From the NCBI GenBank assembly GCA_937996685.1, contig CALKUP010000006.1:64001-128000 (forward strand): a DNA stretch of 64,000 nucleotides, given 5' to 3'. Numbering within the stretch: the first letter of the stretch is position 1; each line of letters opens with the position of its first letter. Below, in pieces: positions 45,383 through 53,939 of the stretch. Origin of the DNA: an uncultured bacterium. GTDB taxonomy: Bacteria > Patescibacteriota > Patescibacteriia > UBA9570 > XYC2-FULL-38-9. The notes under the pieces are model-generated. The model worked only from the letters and a program-made list of their open reading frames with translations, was not told the DNA's origin and did not search any database. Position numbers and translations under genes: made by a program.

Positions 45383-46558
45383 ATGCGCTATAAAAAAGGT
45401 TTATTTGGCTTTTCCGCAGATCCGATTACACTCGGACATCTTGATGTTATTCAAAAAAGCCTAGAGCACTGCGAGAAACTGGTTGTACTAGTTGCGAATA
45501 ATCCGAAAAAAAAGGCGGAGTACACATTTTCCCTTGAAGAGCGCGACGCGTTAACACGAGCCACTATTGAAACGTTGCCACACGAACTCCAAACACGCAT
45601 TACTGTTATTACTACACCTGGACTTCTGATTGATGTCTATCTCACGGAAGATTGTGATGTAATTGTGCGCGGTATCCGTAATAGCCACGACGAACTATTT
45701 GAGAACGAACAACGCAGCCTCTACACTGTCATGCTCCCTACGCTGTCAGATCGATTTCTCTACATCGAAGCTAATCCAGTGTATAGCGCGATTTCATCGT
45801 CATGGGTCAAAGAACTCGTGCGATCACATGTTGACGTGAGCGCGCTTGTGCCGCTTGTTGTTAAAGCCGCGCTTGAATTTCGTATCCACGAACAAAAATT
45901 CATCGGCGTCACAGGACCCATCGCCAGCGGCAAAACCACTGCAGCCCGCGCGCTTGTGAATCACCTCACAAACCTTTCGATTGATGCGCATCATATTGCA
46001 ATTGACGATCTCGTGCGCGCACTCTACGAAGAAGATTCACTCGGAGCACAAGCTGTGAGAAACCAAATCATTGCACGCTTTGGACAAGACATTGCTGAAC
46101 ATAACAACACAGCAATCAATACACACGCATTAACACGTGCGCTATTTTCCGGAACTCCAGAAACAGTCGCTGAGCATCGCGCTTTTCTTGAAACACTCAC
46201 TGCACCGCATGTGATGCGACTCTTTCGAAACGCAGTGCATGGTAAGTCTGGATTTTTTTTCGTTGAATGGAGCGACTATGTTTCACAAAATCTTTTACCG
46301 CTCGTGAATAATACAGTTATTCTGATTGACACCGATGATGACACTCGCGCGCACTACGCAACGCAGCGCGGCATTGAACCAGAACTATTTGCAGCAATCA
46401 ACAACACCCAGCGCACAACCGCAGAAATGCACACATTCATACAACATGCACACACTGCCGGCACGCACGGACGATGCATTGTTATGAATCAAGAAACACC
46501 AGAAGACGCTGTGATTGAGCACATTCTTTCAATCCAATCACTCCCCTTTACTTCATAG
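45383..46558 (+). CDS. Bifunctional phosphopantetheine adenylyltransferase / dephospho-CoA kinase (CoaD-CoaE fusion)
   Basis: N-domain GLFGFSADPITLGHLDVI (PPAT T/HxGH motif). C-domain Walker A IGVTGPIASGKTT (DPCK). Start ATG 45383. Confidence 0.72.
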   Translation: MRYKKGLFGFSADPITLGHLDVIQKSLEHCEKLVVLVANNPKKKAEYTFSLEERDALTRATIETLPHELQTRITVITTPGLLIDVYLTEDCDVIVRGIRNSHDELFENEQRSLYTVMLPTLSDRFLYIEANPVYSAISSSWVKELVRSHVDVSALVPLVVKAALEFRIHEQKFIGVTGPIASGKTTAARALVNHLTNLSIDAHHIAIDDLVRALYEEDSLGAQAVRNQIIARFGQDIAEHNNTAINTHALTRALFSGTPETVAEHRAFLETLTAPHVMRLFRNAVHGKSGFFFVEWSDYVSQNLLPLVNNTVILIDTDDDTRAHYATQRGIEPELFAAINNTQRTTAEMHTFIQHAHTAGTHGRCIVMNQETPEDAVIEHILSIQSLPFTS

Positions 46559-46639
46559 CGCGTACACACACCTCTTGACATGCTATGTGCATTATACTAT
46601 TTTATACATAGTATAAATAACAAGGTATTTTTGAATCAT

Positions 46640-46978
46640 ATGCAATTTTCTAAAGGACTTTTAGTTGGCGCTGCGGAATTGATTGTTCTGCATGTGCTCA
46701 AAACAAAAAAAGAAAGTTACGGCTACGAACTCATTCGTGCGATCTCCCAGGAAAGCGAAGGAATCTTTGACTTTGAAGAAGGAACACTCTATCCCCTGTT
46801 GTACCGACTTGAACAAAAAGGATTGATCGAAAGTGAAACAAAAAAGGCACCGAGTGGCAAAAAACGTCGCTACTATAAACTCACAACAACAGGCACCGCC
46901 TCATTGAAAGAGCGGAAAAAAGAAATGACGTTTTTCTTCAAAGGCCTTGAACACGTCTTGCAATCACAATCTGCATAA
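46640..46978 (+). CDS. PadR-family transcriptional regulator
   Basis: GYELIRAISQES...GTLYPLLYRLEQKGLIESE...KRRYYKLTTTG winged-helix PadR signature. Start ATG 46640. Confidence 0.75.
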   Translation: MQFSKGLLVGAAELIVLHVLKTKKESYGYELIRAISQESEGIFDFEEGTLYPLLYRLEQKGLIESETKKAPSGKKRRYYKLTTTGTASLKERKKEMTFFFKGLEHVLQSQSA

Positions 46979-48727
46979 TTGCGTATGTCGTCTCCTACTC
47001 AAAAATTTTTTGCAGAGTTAGAAGAACTCTCATTTGTTGATGAAGCATACAAACAGCGTTTCATTGAAGAACTCCATGACCACATCGAAGACTCGATACA
47101 CGATGCGGATGTACGCGGCATTGACGACCTCAACGCCGAACAAACTGCGATCCAAAGACTTGGAGCACCAAAAAAATTACAAAAGAATTTTAATCGTATG
47201 ATGAAGCCACAACGACTACAAACACTCCTCTTATGTATTCTTCAGTTCGTTGGAACAGTGAGCGTCACATATGCCTCCCTGATTCCATTTGGTGGGATTG
47301 CTGACAGCGTTGTCAATGTCGCACGATATTTGACTGGCAGGCCGTATGTGCTTGATTACCCAAATCTTTCTTCAAGCATCACACTCTTTGTAATAGGCCT
47401 CGGGGTACTCGGTATTCTACAAATTATTATTTTCCAAACAGCGTTGTTTTCTCTACTCAGTCAAGACATGAAGCGTAGTGTGTTTTGGTTTATGTATATT
47501 TTTATGGCTGGCGCTCCTGGTGTACTTGTCATTTTTAGCTCACTCATCACACCCCTCCTTGGAATCCCTTTTGAATTTTGGACAGATCAAATTCGTGGTC
47601 TTGCGCCACAATACGCCATTACATTCATTTGTGCCCTAATGTTTCTCACAATCTGTTTTACACTTGCAGCTATTGGCGTCATCGCGCGCCTAAATAATTC
47701 GTCATTCTTTTTACAACTTGTTGGACATCTTCCGGATTCAATCAACCGCCCAATCACACAACTCTTCACACGCTATCGCGTTTTTTCACATCTGAATACA
47801 GTCAATATTTTTGGCGTACTCAGCATCTTGTACCTCTTGTTTTGGCTCATGGTATCACTTTTTCCAGACCTACAAGCATTCTTACAATCAGGGAATCAAT
47901 ACATAATGAATGAGACGGACCCACGGATTTGGTGGCTGATTTTTGTCATGCCAATCATGATTATTTCTGCAATACAAACCCTCACCATCTCTTCATTGTT
48001 TACCACCCTTTCACCAATTCATGGCATCTGGGCAGCCGGCTTCATTTATAGCGGACTTTTCATGCTCAGTATTGCGCTCATTATCATTAGTCTTCGAAAA
48101 CAAAAAATCAAAACAATGCAGTCATTTTGGGTGGCAAGCGTTCTTGCGCTCACATGTACCATGGTTCTGACAAATCGCTTTCCGAACAACTCATGGGACA
48201 ACCCAAACAATCAGACCCAGTGGGAGCGCCCAGCAAAAAACCTCTCAGTGAAAATAGACAAAAAAGTGTTTGGACCATTTTACATGCTCTATAATAGCAC
48301 GAGCTTGTTTACTCCTATTCCAGCAAGTCAAATACTTGTTGATACAACAGGTGATTTTTTTGTCATTCAAACAGCTCTTGGATCAGAGTTTATGTTGGAA
48401 TTTACTGATGCAAATAGACTCAAAATGGTACACAGACACACAGAAAACACAATGCGGAATGTTGAAAAAAATCTTGCAACAGCAATTCCAAAAGAACTCA
48501 AAGATCGTATTTATTGTGGGGAAAAAACAATAGACACAACTGGGGATATATTTTCAGATGGTACGCCAGCGTACTTTTGTACATCATTACAAATTGATAA
48601 TACACTCGTTGCAAGCGGCGGCTCAATTGGACTGTTGGACGTCGCGATTAGTCCTGATAACTCCACCGCACTGATTGTTACGACAGAAAATGGAAAGCCT
48701 CAAGTCTACCGCGTTAGTTTGAAATAG
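46979..48727 (+). CDS. DUF1700-like polytopic membrane protein partnered with PadR
   Basis: ATG overlaps the PadR stop. Cytoplasmic N-domain FFAELEELSFVDEAYKQRFIEELHDHIEDSI followed by about 8 TM and a C-terminal extracytoplasmic domain. Confidence 0.45.
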   Translation: MRMSSPTQKFFAELEELSFVDEAYKQRFIEELHDHIEDSIHDADVRGIDDLNAEQTAIQRLGAPKKLQKNFNRMMKPQRLQTLLLCILQFVGTVSVTYASLIPFGGIADSVVNVARYLTGRPYVLDYPNLSSSITLFVIGLGVLGILQIIIFQTALFSLLSQDMKRSVFWFMYIFMAGAPGVLVIFSSLITPLLGIPFEFWTDQIRGLAPQYAITFICALMFLTICFTLAAIGVIARLNNSSFFLQLVGHLPDSINRPITQLFTRYRVFSHLNTVNIFGVLSILYLLFWLMVSLFPDLQAFLQSGNQYIMNETDPRIWWLIFVMPIMIISAIQTLTISSLFTTLSPIHGIWAAGFIYSGLFMLSIALIIISLRKQKIKTMQSFWVASVLALTCTMVLTNRFPNNSWDNPNNQTQWERPAKNLSVKIDKKVFGPFYMLYNSTSLFTPIPASQILVDTTGDFFVIQTALGSEFMLEFTDANRLKMVHRHTENTMRNVEKNLATAIPKELKDRIYCGEKTIDTTGDIFSDGTPAYFCTSLQIDNTLVASGGSIGLLDVAISPDNSTALIVTTENGKPQVYRVSLK

Positions 48728-48743
48728 CAACACCCAAATCACA

Positions 48744-49418
48744 TTATATTTTCTTTGGATCTAGTAAATCTTTATTTGGTATTTTGCGCAAATAATACAC
48801 GACCGTTGGATACAGAATGCACACTAACGAAAGAGCAAAAACAGCATTTCCAAAATGCCGCGTATTACACCACCATAATATCAACAGCAATACAGATAAC
48901 GGCCCAAAAATAATCCAGTGTTTTCGTATATACGCCGCCCAACGATAGACCGGCTTATTGAACAAGTTCGATGTTGAAAGAGAAACAAAGACAGGCACCA
49001 TGATACTTGTTGTGTCAAATAGCTCGAATGAATCAAATGTGATTAATATATACAGAAAAATAGGGATAATCATATTTCTTTGGAGCGTTACGGTATATGC
49101 ATCCTCGTCAACACCAGTGACTTCTGGAAAGAAGGAACATGTGATTACACACAAACAATACAAAGCTAGGTAATATGCCGACCAATGAACATCTAAAAAT
49201 GTAGTCACCAGTCCAACTAACAATGCCCCACGAACAATCACCTCCTTGAGATACGGCCATGTCATCAATGGACGCAACTCACTTATTGTGTGATTTTGCG
49301 CATAAAAATAATACACCCTCGTCAAAGAATCAGCGAGCAAGAAAAATCCTAAAACAATACACATCCATCGAAATACGACAGCAGTGGCGTCCAAAATAGA
49401 GAGAGCGCTATCAATCAT
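48744..49418 (-). CDS. Polytopic membrane protein (about 6 TM), last of five tandem small membrane proteins in a ~32% GC segment
   Basis: 224 aa, hydrophobic helices throughout. Confidence 0.4.
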   Translation of the reverse strand: MIDSALSILDATAVVFRWMCIVLGFFLLADSLTRVYYFYAQNHTISELRPLMTWPYLKEVIVRGALLVGLVTTFLDVHWSAYYLALYCLCVITCSFFPEVTGVDEDAYTVTLQRNMIIPIFLYILITFDSFELFDTTSIMVPVFVSLSTSNLFNKPVYRWAAYIRKHWIIFGPLSVLLLILWWCNTRHFGNAVFALSLVCILYPTVVYYLRKIPNKDLLDPKKI

Positions 49419-49731
49419 ATATTTGTTGAATTAATCTTTTTTGAATAAAACGATTTTTGATTATCCAAAACGCGCCGTGTAGTAGGATCACGAAAAAAAA
49501 TAGCGGTAATCCATACACACCAAATAATGCCACATCGGCTCCACCAAGAGCATATTCATCCGCAATAAGGCCTGCGTGAAACAAATCCACCGCAAGAATT
49601 GCAATAAACAACAACACACATGACTGAGTGTATTTCCATACAGTTGTTGTGTTAGTTGCGTAGACTTTTTGAAGCAAGACTGCTGCGAACGCGATAATAA
49701 GAATAAGGAGTGTATTCATAAATATGACCAT
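49411..49731 (-). CDS. Small membrane protein (3 TM)
   Basis: 106 aa, MVIFMNTLLILIIAFAAVLL... Overlaps its neighbour by 8 nt. Confidence 0.4.
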   Translation of the reverse strand: MVIFMNTLLILIIAFAAVLLQKVYATNTTTVWKYTQSCVLLFIAILAVDLFHAGLIADEYALGGADVALFGVYGLPLFFFVILLHGAFWIIKNRFIQKRLIQQIYD

Positions 49732-49748
49732 TCGTTAACAATATGTTA

Positions 49749-50201
49749 TCACGAAATGTTTTTTTGAAAGAGTAGATATTTCAAAATATAAAATAGAACA
49801 AGAATCATTCCAAGATATAAAATATCTTTGATATCGAATGGATACAGCGCATAAGTGACTCCAAAGATGAAAAATGCGGAGGTTGTTTCAAAAAAATGAG
49901 GATCTTTTTTAAAAAACGTGTACTGAAGCCATGCTGCGTATCCAATAACACCTACAAATATCCAAATAATATTTGTAACATACATAAACACGGCTAACAG
50001 CGCAAAAACTAATGCATGTACACGCACTGCAGATTTTTTAAGACCCTTAATATTTACAGGTATAAAAAACCACAGACTCAAAAAACCAGTTACAACAGAC
50101 AATGCTGTTAAAAGGGTTGGGTTATAAAAATAAGCAACCCCTAAAACACCGCCAAACAAACCTCCTAAAAATACATTTTCTATTCTCTTTTGAATTTTCA
50201 T
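49749..50201 (-). CDS. Small membrane protein (4 TM)
   Basis: 150 aa, GGLFGGVLGVAYFY ... hydrophobic. Confidence 0.4.
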   Translation of the reverse strand: MKIQKRIENVFLGGLFGGVLGVAYFYNPTLLTALSVVTGFLSLWFFIPVNIKGLKKSAVRVHALVFALLAVFMYVTNIIWIFVGVIGYAAWLQYTFFKKDPHFFETTSAFFIFGVTYALYPFDIKDILYLGMILVLFYILKYLLFQKNIS

Positions 50202-50203
50202 AA

Positions 50204-50470
50204 CTACCCTTTTGTATTTTTAGCGTATAAGTACCAGGCACATACAAAGCAGCTTATTGCTGAAAATATTTTAACCGTTGTATATACATCCCAATTATCG
50301 GCCCCGATTTCTACTGCGACTCGAAACAAAAAGAATAATCCCCACAAAATAACCGCTGAAATCTTCTTATCGAAAATAATTGCCCCGAGAATCAACGCGA
50401 AAAAAATGTAAGAGACAAGGCTATAAAAAATCATATTATCAACAATTATATCCCCACTTAGGCAGAGCAA
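50204..50470 (-). CDS. Small membrane protein (2-3 TM)
   Basis: 88 aa. 3-nt gap to the next gene. Confidence 0.4.
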   Translation of the reverse strand: MLCLSGDIIVDNMIFYSLVSYIFFALILGAIIFDKKISAVILWGLFFLFRVAVEIGADNWDVYTTVKIFSAISCFVCAWYLYAKNTKG

Positions 50471-50479
50471 TCGGTGTTT

Positions 50480-50674
50480 TTATGATTGATACACTTCCTT
50501 AGTAACTGTCAGTATCAGCACTGACATTATAGATATGACAATTTTTTCAATCAACCACTCTCCTCTCACATCAATAAATTCAAAGAGAAAAAAGGTACAA
50601 AGCACACTTACAATCATTAGCGCGATAAATAATCCAGCACAATAGAGAATGCGATATAATGTATTTTTTTTCAT
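50480..50674 (-). CDS. Small membrane protein (2 TM)
   Basis: 64 aa, MKKNTLYRILYCAGLFIALMIVSVLCTFFLF... Confidence 0.35.
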   Translation of the reverse strand: MKKNTLYRILYCAGLFIALMIVSVLCTFFLFEFIDVRGEWLIEKIVISIMSVLILTVTKEVYQS

Positions 50675-50698
50675 ACGAAGTTTAAAATCATCGCGCTG

Positions 50699-51745
50699 CT
50701 ATGCACGTAAACGAACAATACCTTTTATTGCATTTGTTAACTGCCTCACCATTGCCCCTTTTAATGACGGGGGTATAAGCCTTGAAACAACTGGACCAAA
50801 AACCACACCCCCAGCACATGACCAAGCAGCATCTTGCAATCTTTGATTCCAGTACCAATCCTGATTATGGACAGCTGCTCTAACGCCTGCGATTCCTAAA
50901 TCTTGAATTGCCGAACTTGCACACATCGCAGTCGCCCAGCCAACGTAACCAGCAACAACCGCATACCAATACGGATCAGCATTTACAGGATACACCACGC
51001 CTTCCACATTGTGAATGACATGTTGCGTCAGAGTTTGACCATCTGTTGTAAACCAAGTTTGCAACACCATGCCGTTGGCATCTTTTGCCCATGGAACATC
51101 AACCGTTGCAATCACATCTCCGTTCGCATCTAACACCACTGCACCGCCTTCTTCTGTGAGTTCAATATGTCCACCATTTGGAACAGTCACGGTATATGGA
51201 TATTCCGCTGGAGCTCCCGCGTTATCAATAATCGTTAGCATGCGCACTCCGCCATCTTCCGTTGCTTGAACAGCGCTTGCAGAACCGTTACTGGCTGGAT
51301 ACGCAACTGTTCCATCCGCAACAACTGCAGCGTCACTTGCAGCGGCAGCATTTGGCAAAGAGATTTCAATCGCTGGCGCATCTCCACCAGAAAGCGTCAC
51401 ACCATCTTCTGGGTTGCGTGGAATTTCAACAGTCGTTGCCGCCACTTCCCCTTCCGCGCCGTCTGCTGCAACCGTTGCAACAATCGCTGAGTCCGCATCT
51501 GATGTTGTTGCAACATCGCTAGACTCCTCTGCAATACTCGGTATTGCCGACAATGATTCTGCAACTTCATTTGCGCTCACAGTCCGATTATTATCCGTTT
51601 GTGGGTCCGCAGACACGTCCACAGCCGGGGCTGCATCAACAACGCTTGCTGGCGCTTCTTGCGCATATACCGCTCCTGGAAAAACCACCAAGGCACTGAA
51701 GAATGCTGTTGTTGCGAATGACAACAACGTATGTGTGTATTTCAT
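50699..51745 (-). CDS. Secreted protein with an Ala/Asp-rich linker and a Cys-containing C-terminal globular domain. Candidate toxin or effector.
   Basis: Signal peptide MKYTHTLLSFATTAFFSALVVFPGAVYAQE (ATG 51745). C-terminus ...YWYAVVAGYVGWATAMCASSAIQDLGIAGV...AAWSCAGGVVFGP. Followed by five small membrane-protein genes. Confidence 0.5.
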   Translation of the reverse strand: MKYTHTLLSFATTAFFSALVVFPGAVYAQEAPASVVDAAPAVDVSADPQTDNNRTVSANEVAESLSAIPSIAEESSDVATTSDADSAIVATVAADGAEGEVAATTVEIPRNPEDGVTLSGGDAPAIEISLPNAAAASDAAVVADGTVAYPASNGSASAVQATEDGGVRMLTIIDNAGAPAEYPYTVTVPNGGHIELTEEGGAVVLDANGDVIATVDVPWAKDANGMVLQTWFTTDGQTLTQHVIHNVEGVVYPVNADPYWYAVVAGYVGWATAMCASSAIQDLGIAGVRAAVHNQDWYWNQRLQDAAWSCAGGVVFGPVVSRLIPPSLKGAMVRQLTNAIKGIVRLRA

Positions 51746-51860
51746 ATTGTGAAATAAATAATTATACCTATTGTAATTATAAAAAACCTGCGTGAATTCT
51801 GTATATGGCAGATTTGCGCCGTCTGGGGACAAGTCGTTTTTGGTGCTAATATTAGATATC

Positions 51861-51891
51861 CAAAAAAACAAAAACGCCTGTTTTGACGTTT
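51861..51891 (-). terminator. Rho-independent terminator of the O-methyltransferase operon
   Basis: Minus-strand AAACGTC-AAAACA-GGCGTTT hairpin followed by TTGTTTTTTTGG. Confidence 0.5.
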
Positions 51892-52549
51892 AGCGCTCTA
51901 TTGTTGACGCAATGAGCAGGCCATGACCAACTGAATCGATCACTGTCTTGTACTCCGCATTATCAGAAAACAGAGAAATAAAATCTGTCATCACAGCGTT
52001 GTATTTCACAACATCATCCGCAAGAATCAAATGCGTACGCGACAATTGCGGTTGCAGCAACTGGTAGTACTGCGCATAATTTTTTTTGTCTGCGTCAAAA
52101 AACACCGCATCGATTTTCTCTTCGCCGACCAGCTCTGACAACTGGTTCAGTGCATCACGCACACCACTTTCGTAATATGTAACACGATCAATCACTCCAG
52201 CGCGGGTTGCGAAATCGCGCGCCATTGCTTGCTTTTCGTGCGACGAATCAATCGTAATCACTCGGCCGCCGTATTCTTTGGCAGCAAGCGCGAGCCACAA
52301 CGTTGAATATCCAGCAGATGTTCCAAGCTCCAGGATAATCTTCGGCTGGTGTTGTAAGATTGCTACATACAGCGCCTCCCCTGTTTCGCGTGACACCGCC
52401 CACAGCCGCACGGTATGCATCACACCTTTCGCAATCAGCTTTGGATTCTGCGTTGCCGGCAGTTGCACCTCATAGGTTTTATCAAGCTCTTCTACTTCTC
52501 GTAAAACATCTTGCACAGCAACTGGAAGCTTAGAAAAAATACTATTCAT
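51890..52549 (-). CDS. Class I SAM-dependent O-methyltransferase (family 3, caffeoyl-CoA OMT-like)
   Basis: ILELGTSAGYSTLWLA SAM-binding motif ... FFDADKKNY. Confidence 0.7.
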   Translation of the reverse strand: MNSIFSKLPVAVQDVLREVEELDKTYEVQLPATQNPKLIAKGVMHTVRLWAVSRETGEALYVAILQHQPKIILELGTSAGYSTLWLALAAKEYGGRVITIDSSHEKQAMARDFATRAGVIDRVTYYESGVRDALNQLSELVGEEKIDAVFFDADKKNYAQYYQLLQPQLSRTHLILADDVVKYNAVMTDFISLFSDNAEYKTVIDSVGHGLLIASTIER

Positions 52550-52767
52550 AGACCCTGAATTTCAAAGACTTTTCGAGTCGCGGTATGCCCACGGACTAAT
52601 TGCACACTGGCTTTCGGTACAGAAAAATACGCCGCGAGGGCTACGCACGCCGCTTCATTCGCCTTGCCGTCTTCCCGAATTGCTCGCACACGAATAACAT
52701 AGACATCGTCGCGAACAACAACTGACTCAGAACGTGCCCCAGCGATAATTTTTGCGGAAATCATCAT
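52546..52767 (-). CDS. DUF167 (YggU-like) protein
   Basis: 73 aa, VVVRDDVYVIRVRAIREDGKANEAACVALAAYFSVPKASVQLVRGHTATRKVFEI. Confidence 0.6.
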   Translation of the reverse strand: MMISAKIIAGARSESVVVRDDVYVIRVRAIREDGKANEAACVALAAYFSVPKASVQLVRGHTATRKVFEIQGL

Positions 52768-53930
52768 AGATCAAACAAGGTGTCATTGACGATCTCGTGG
52801 AGCAATTGCTGAAACAGCGCAACGCGTTCTTGTTTTTGCTCATACGGAACTTCCACACGCGCAATTGTGTCAGCATAGAGTGACCCCAAAATTCGTTCAA
52901 GCAACGCCGCCATTTGAATACCCTTTTCAAGAACCAGTGCCTGACGAACATCAGGAGTCACACTCACTTGTTCGGACTCATCCATGAACCGCGTCACTTC
53001 TGTATTATACGCCGATATCCAATCAATCACCCGCTGCCGATATGCGGCGTACGAAATAATTCCGTGCTCTGCTTGCGCTTGAATGCGCTGCTGCGACGGA
53101 TCTTCATGATGCGCAATTGCCGTAATGTTCACATGCTCGCCACCAAACTCCATCAATACATCTGCCCAAATCATAAACGCAAATTCATAGCCACGCGGAA
53201 ACAGCGCCATATGCCCAAAATCCGTAATCCAAAAATTTCCAGTCGCGGAGTTAATGTGAATTTCATTTGGTTTAAAATGACCATGACACCAATACAACGG
53301 TTGATTCGCAAACGCAGTTTCAATCATTCCGAGTGCTGTCTGTATATCTTCCTGCAACACTTCTGTAAGGAGGGCATCTTTTCCTTGCTGTACATATTCC
53401 GCATCTGCTGCCTCTGCCATCTTTTTCCAACTAGTTATACGCAATGCGTGAAACTCTGCACCAGAAATACTGCCACCATCTTTTATATAGCGCTTATCTA
53501 TTTTACCAATTGGCCACGGCGACATCAAAGACATGTGTGATCGATATTCAAAAAATGCTTGTAAAAATTCTTGACGCTGTCTGTCATTTAAAGGCGATGT
53601 AAACATCTGCGCTGTTTCTGGAACACGCTCCATAATCATCCAGCCAGACTCACTCGACTCAACTTCATATGCAAACAATTCTGGAACATGCATTCGAGAA
53701 CTAGCATTCCCGCTTGCAAATTCAAGCGCGTTTTCTGGCTGACGCACCAATTGCCTCCCTGTCTTGTTATATATTTTAAACACCGCCGGCTGTCCTTTAT
53801 ACACACCACCATACACCAAACTCCGTGGACTCCCATCATATGTTGTAGCAAATTGCAAGGTTGAATCAACAATAAAACCAGTCTTTTGTATAATTTCTTT
53901 AGCATGATTTTCCAAGGTAGTTCCAGGCAT
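52764..53930 (-). CDS. Protein-kinase-like phosphotransferase (APH/CotS family) with HGH in place of the HGD catalytic motif
   Basis: YWCHGHFKPNEIHI (Brenner-type motif) and ITDFGH (DFG). Confidence 0.55.
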   Translation of the reverse strand: MPGTTLENHAKEIIQKTGFIVDSTLQFATTYDGSPRSLVYGGVYKGQPAVFKIYNKTGRQLVRQPENALEFASGNASSRMHVPELFAYEVESSESGWMIMERVPETAQMFTSPLNDRQRQEFLQAFFEYRSHMSLMSPWPIGKIDKRYIKDGGSISGAEFHALRITSWKKMAEAADAEYVQQGKDALLTEVLQEDIQTALGMIETAFANQPLYWCHGHFKPNEIHINSATGNFWITDFGHMALFPRGYEFAFMIWADVLMEFGGEHVNITAIAHHEDPSQQRIQAQAEHGIISYAAYRQRVIDWISAYNTEVTRFMDESEQVSVTPDVRQALVLEKGIQMAALLERILGSLYADTIARVEVPYEQKQERVALFQQLLHEIVNDTLFDL

Positions 53931-53939
53931 ACGCCAATA

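Noticed and set aside
52914-53540. 208-aa plus-strand ORF antisense to the kinase-like gene
   Set aside because: No motifs. The opposite strand encodes a well-formed kinase fold with DFG and Brenner-type motifs.
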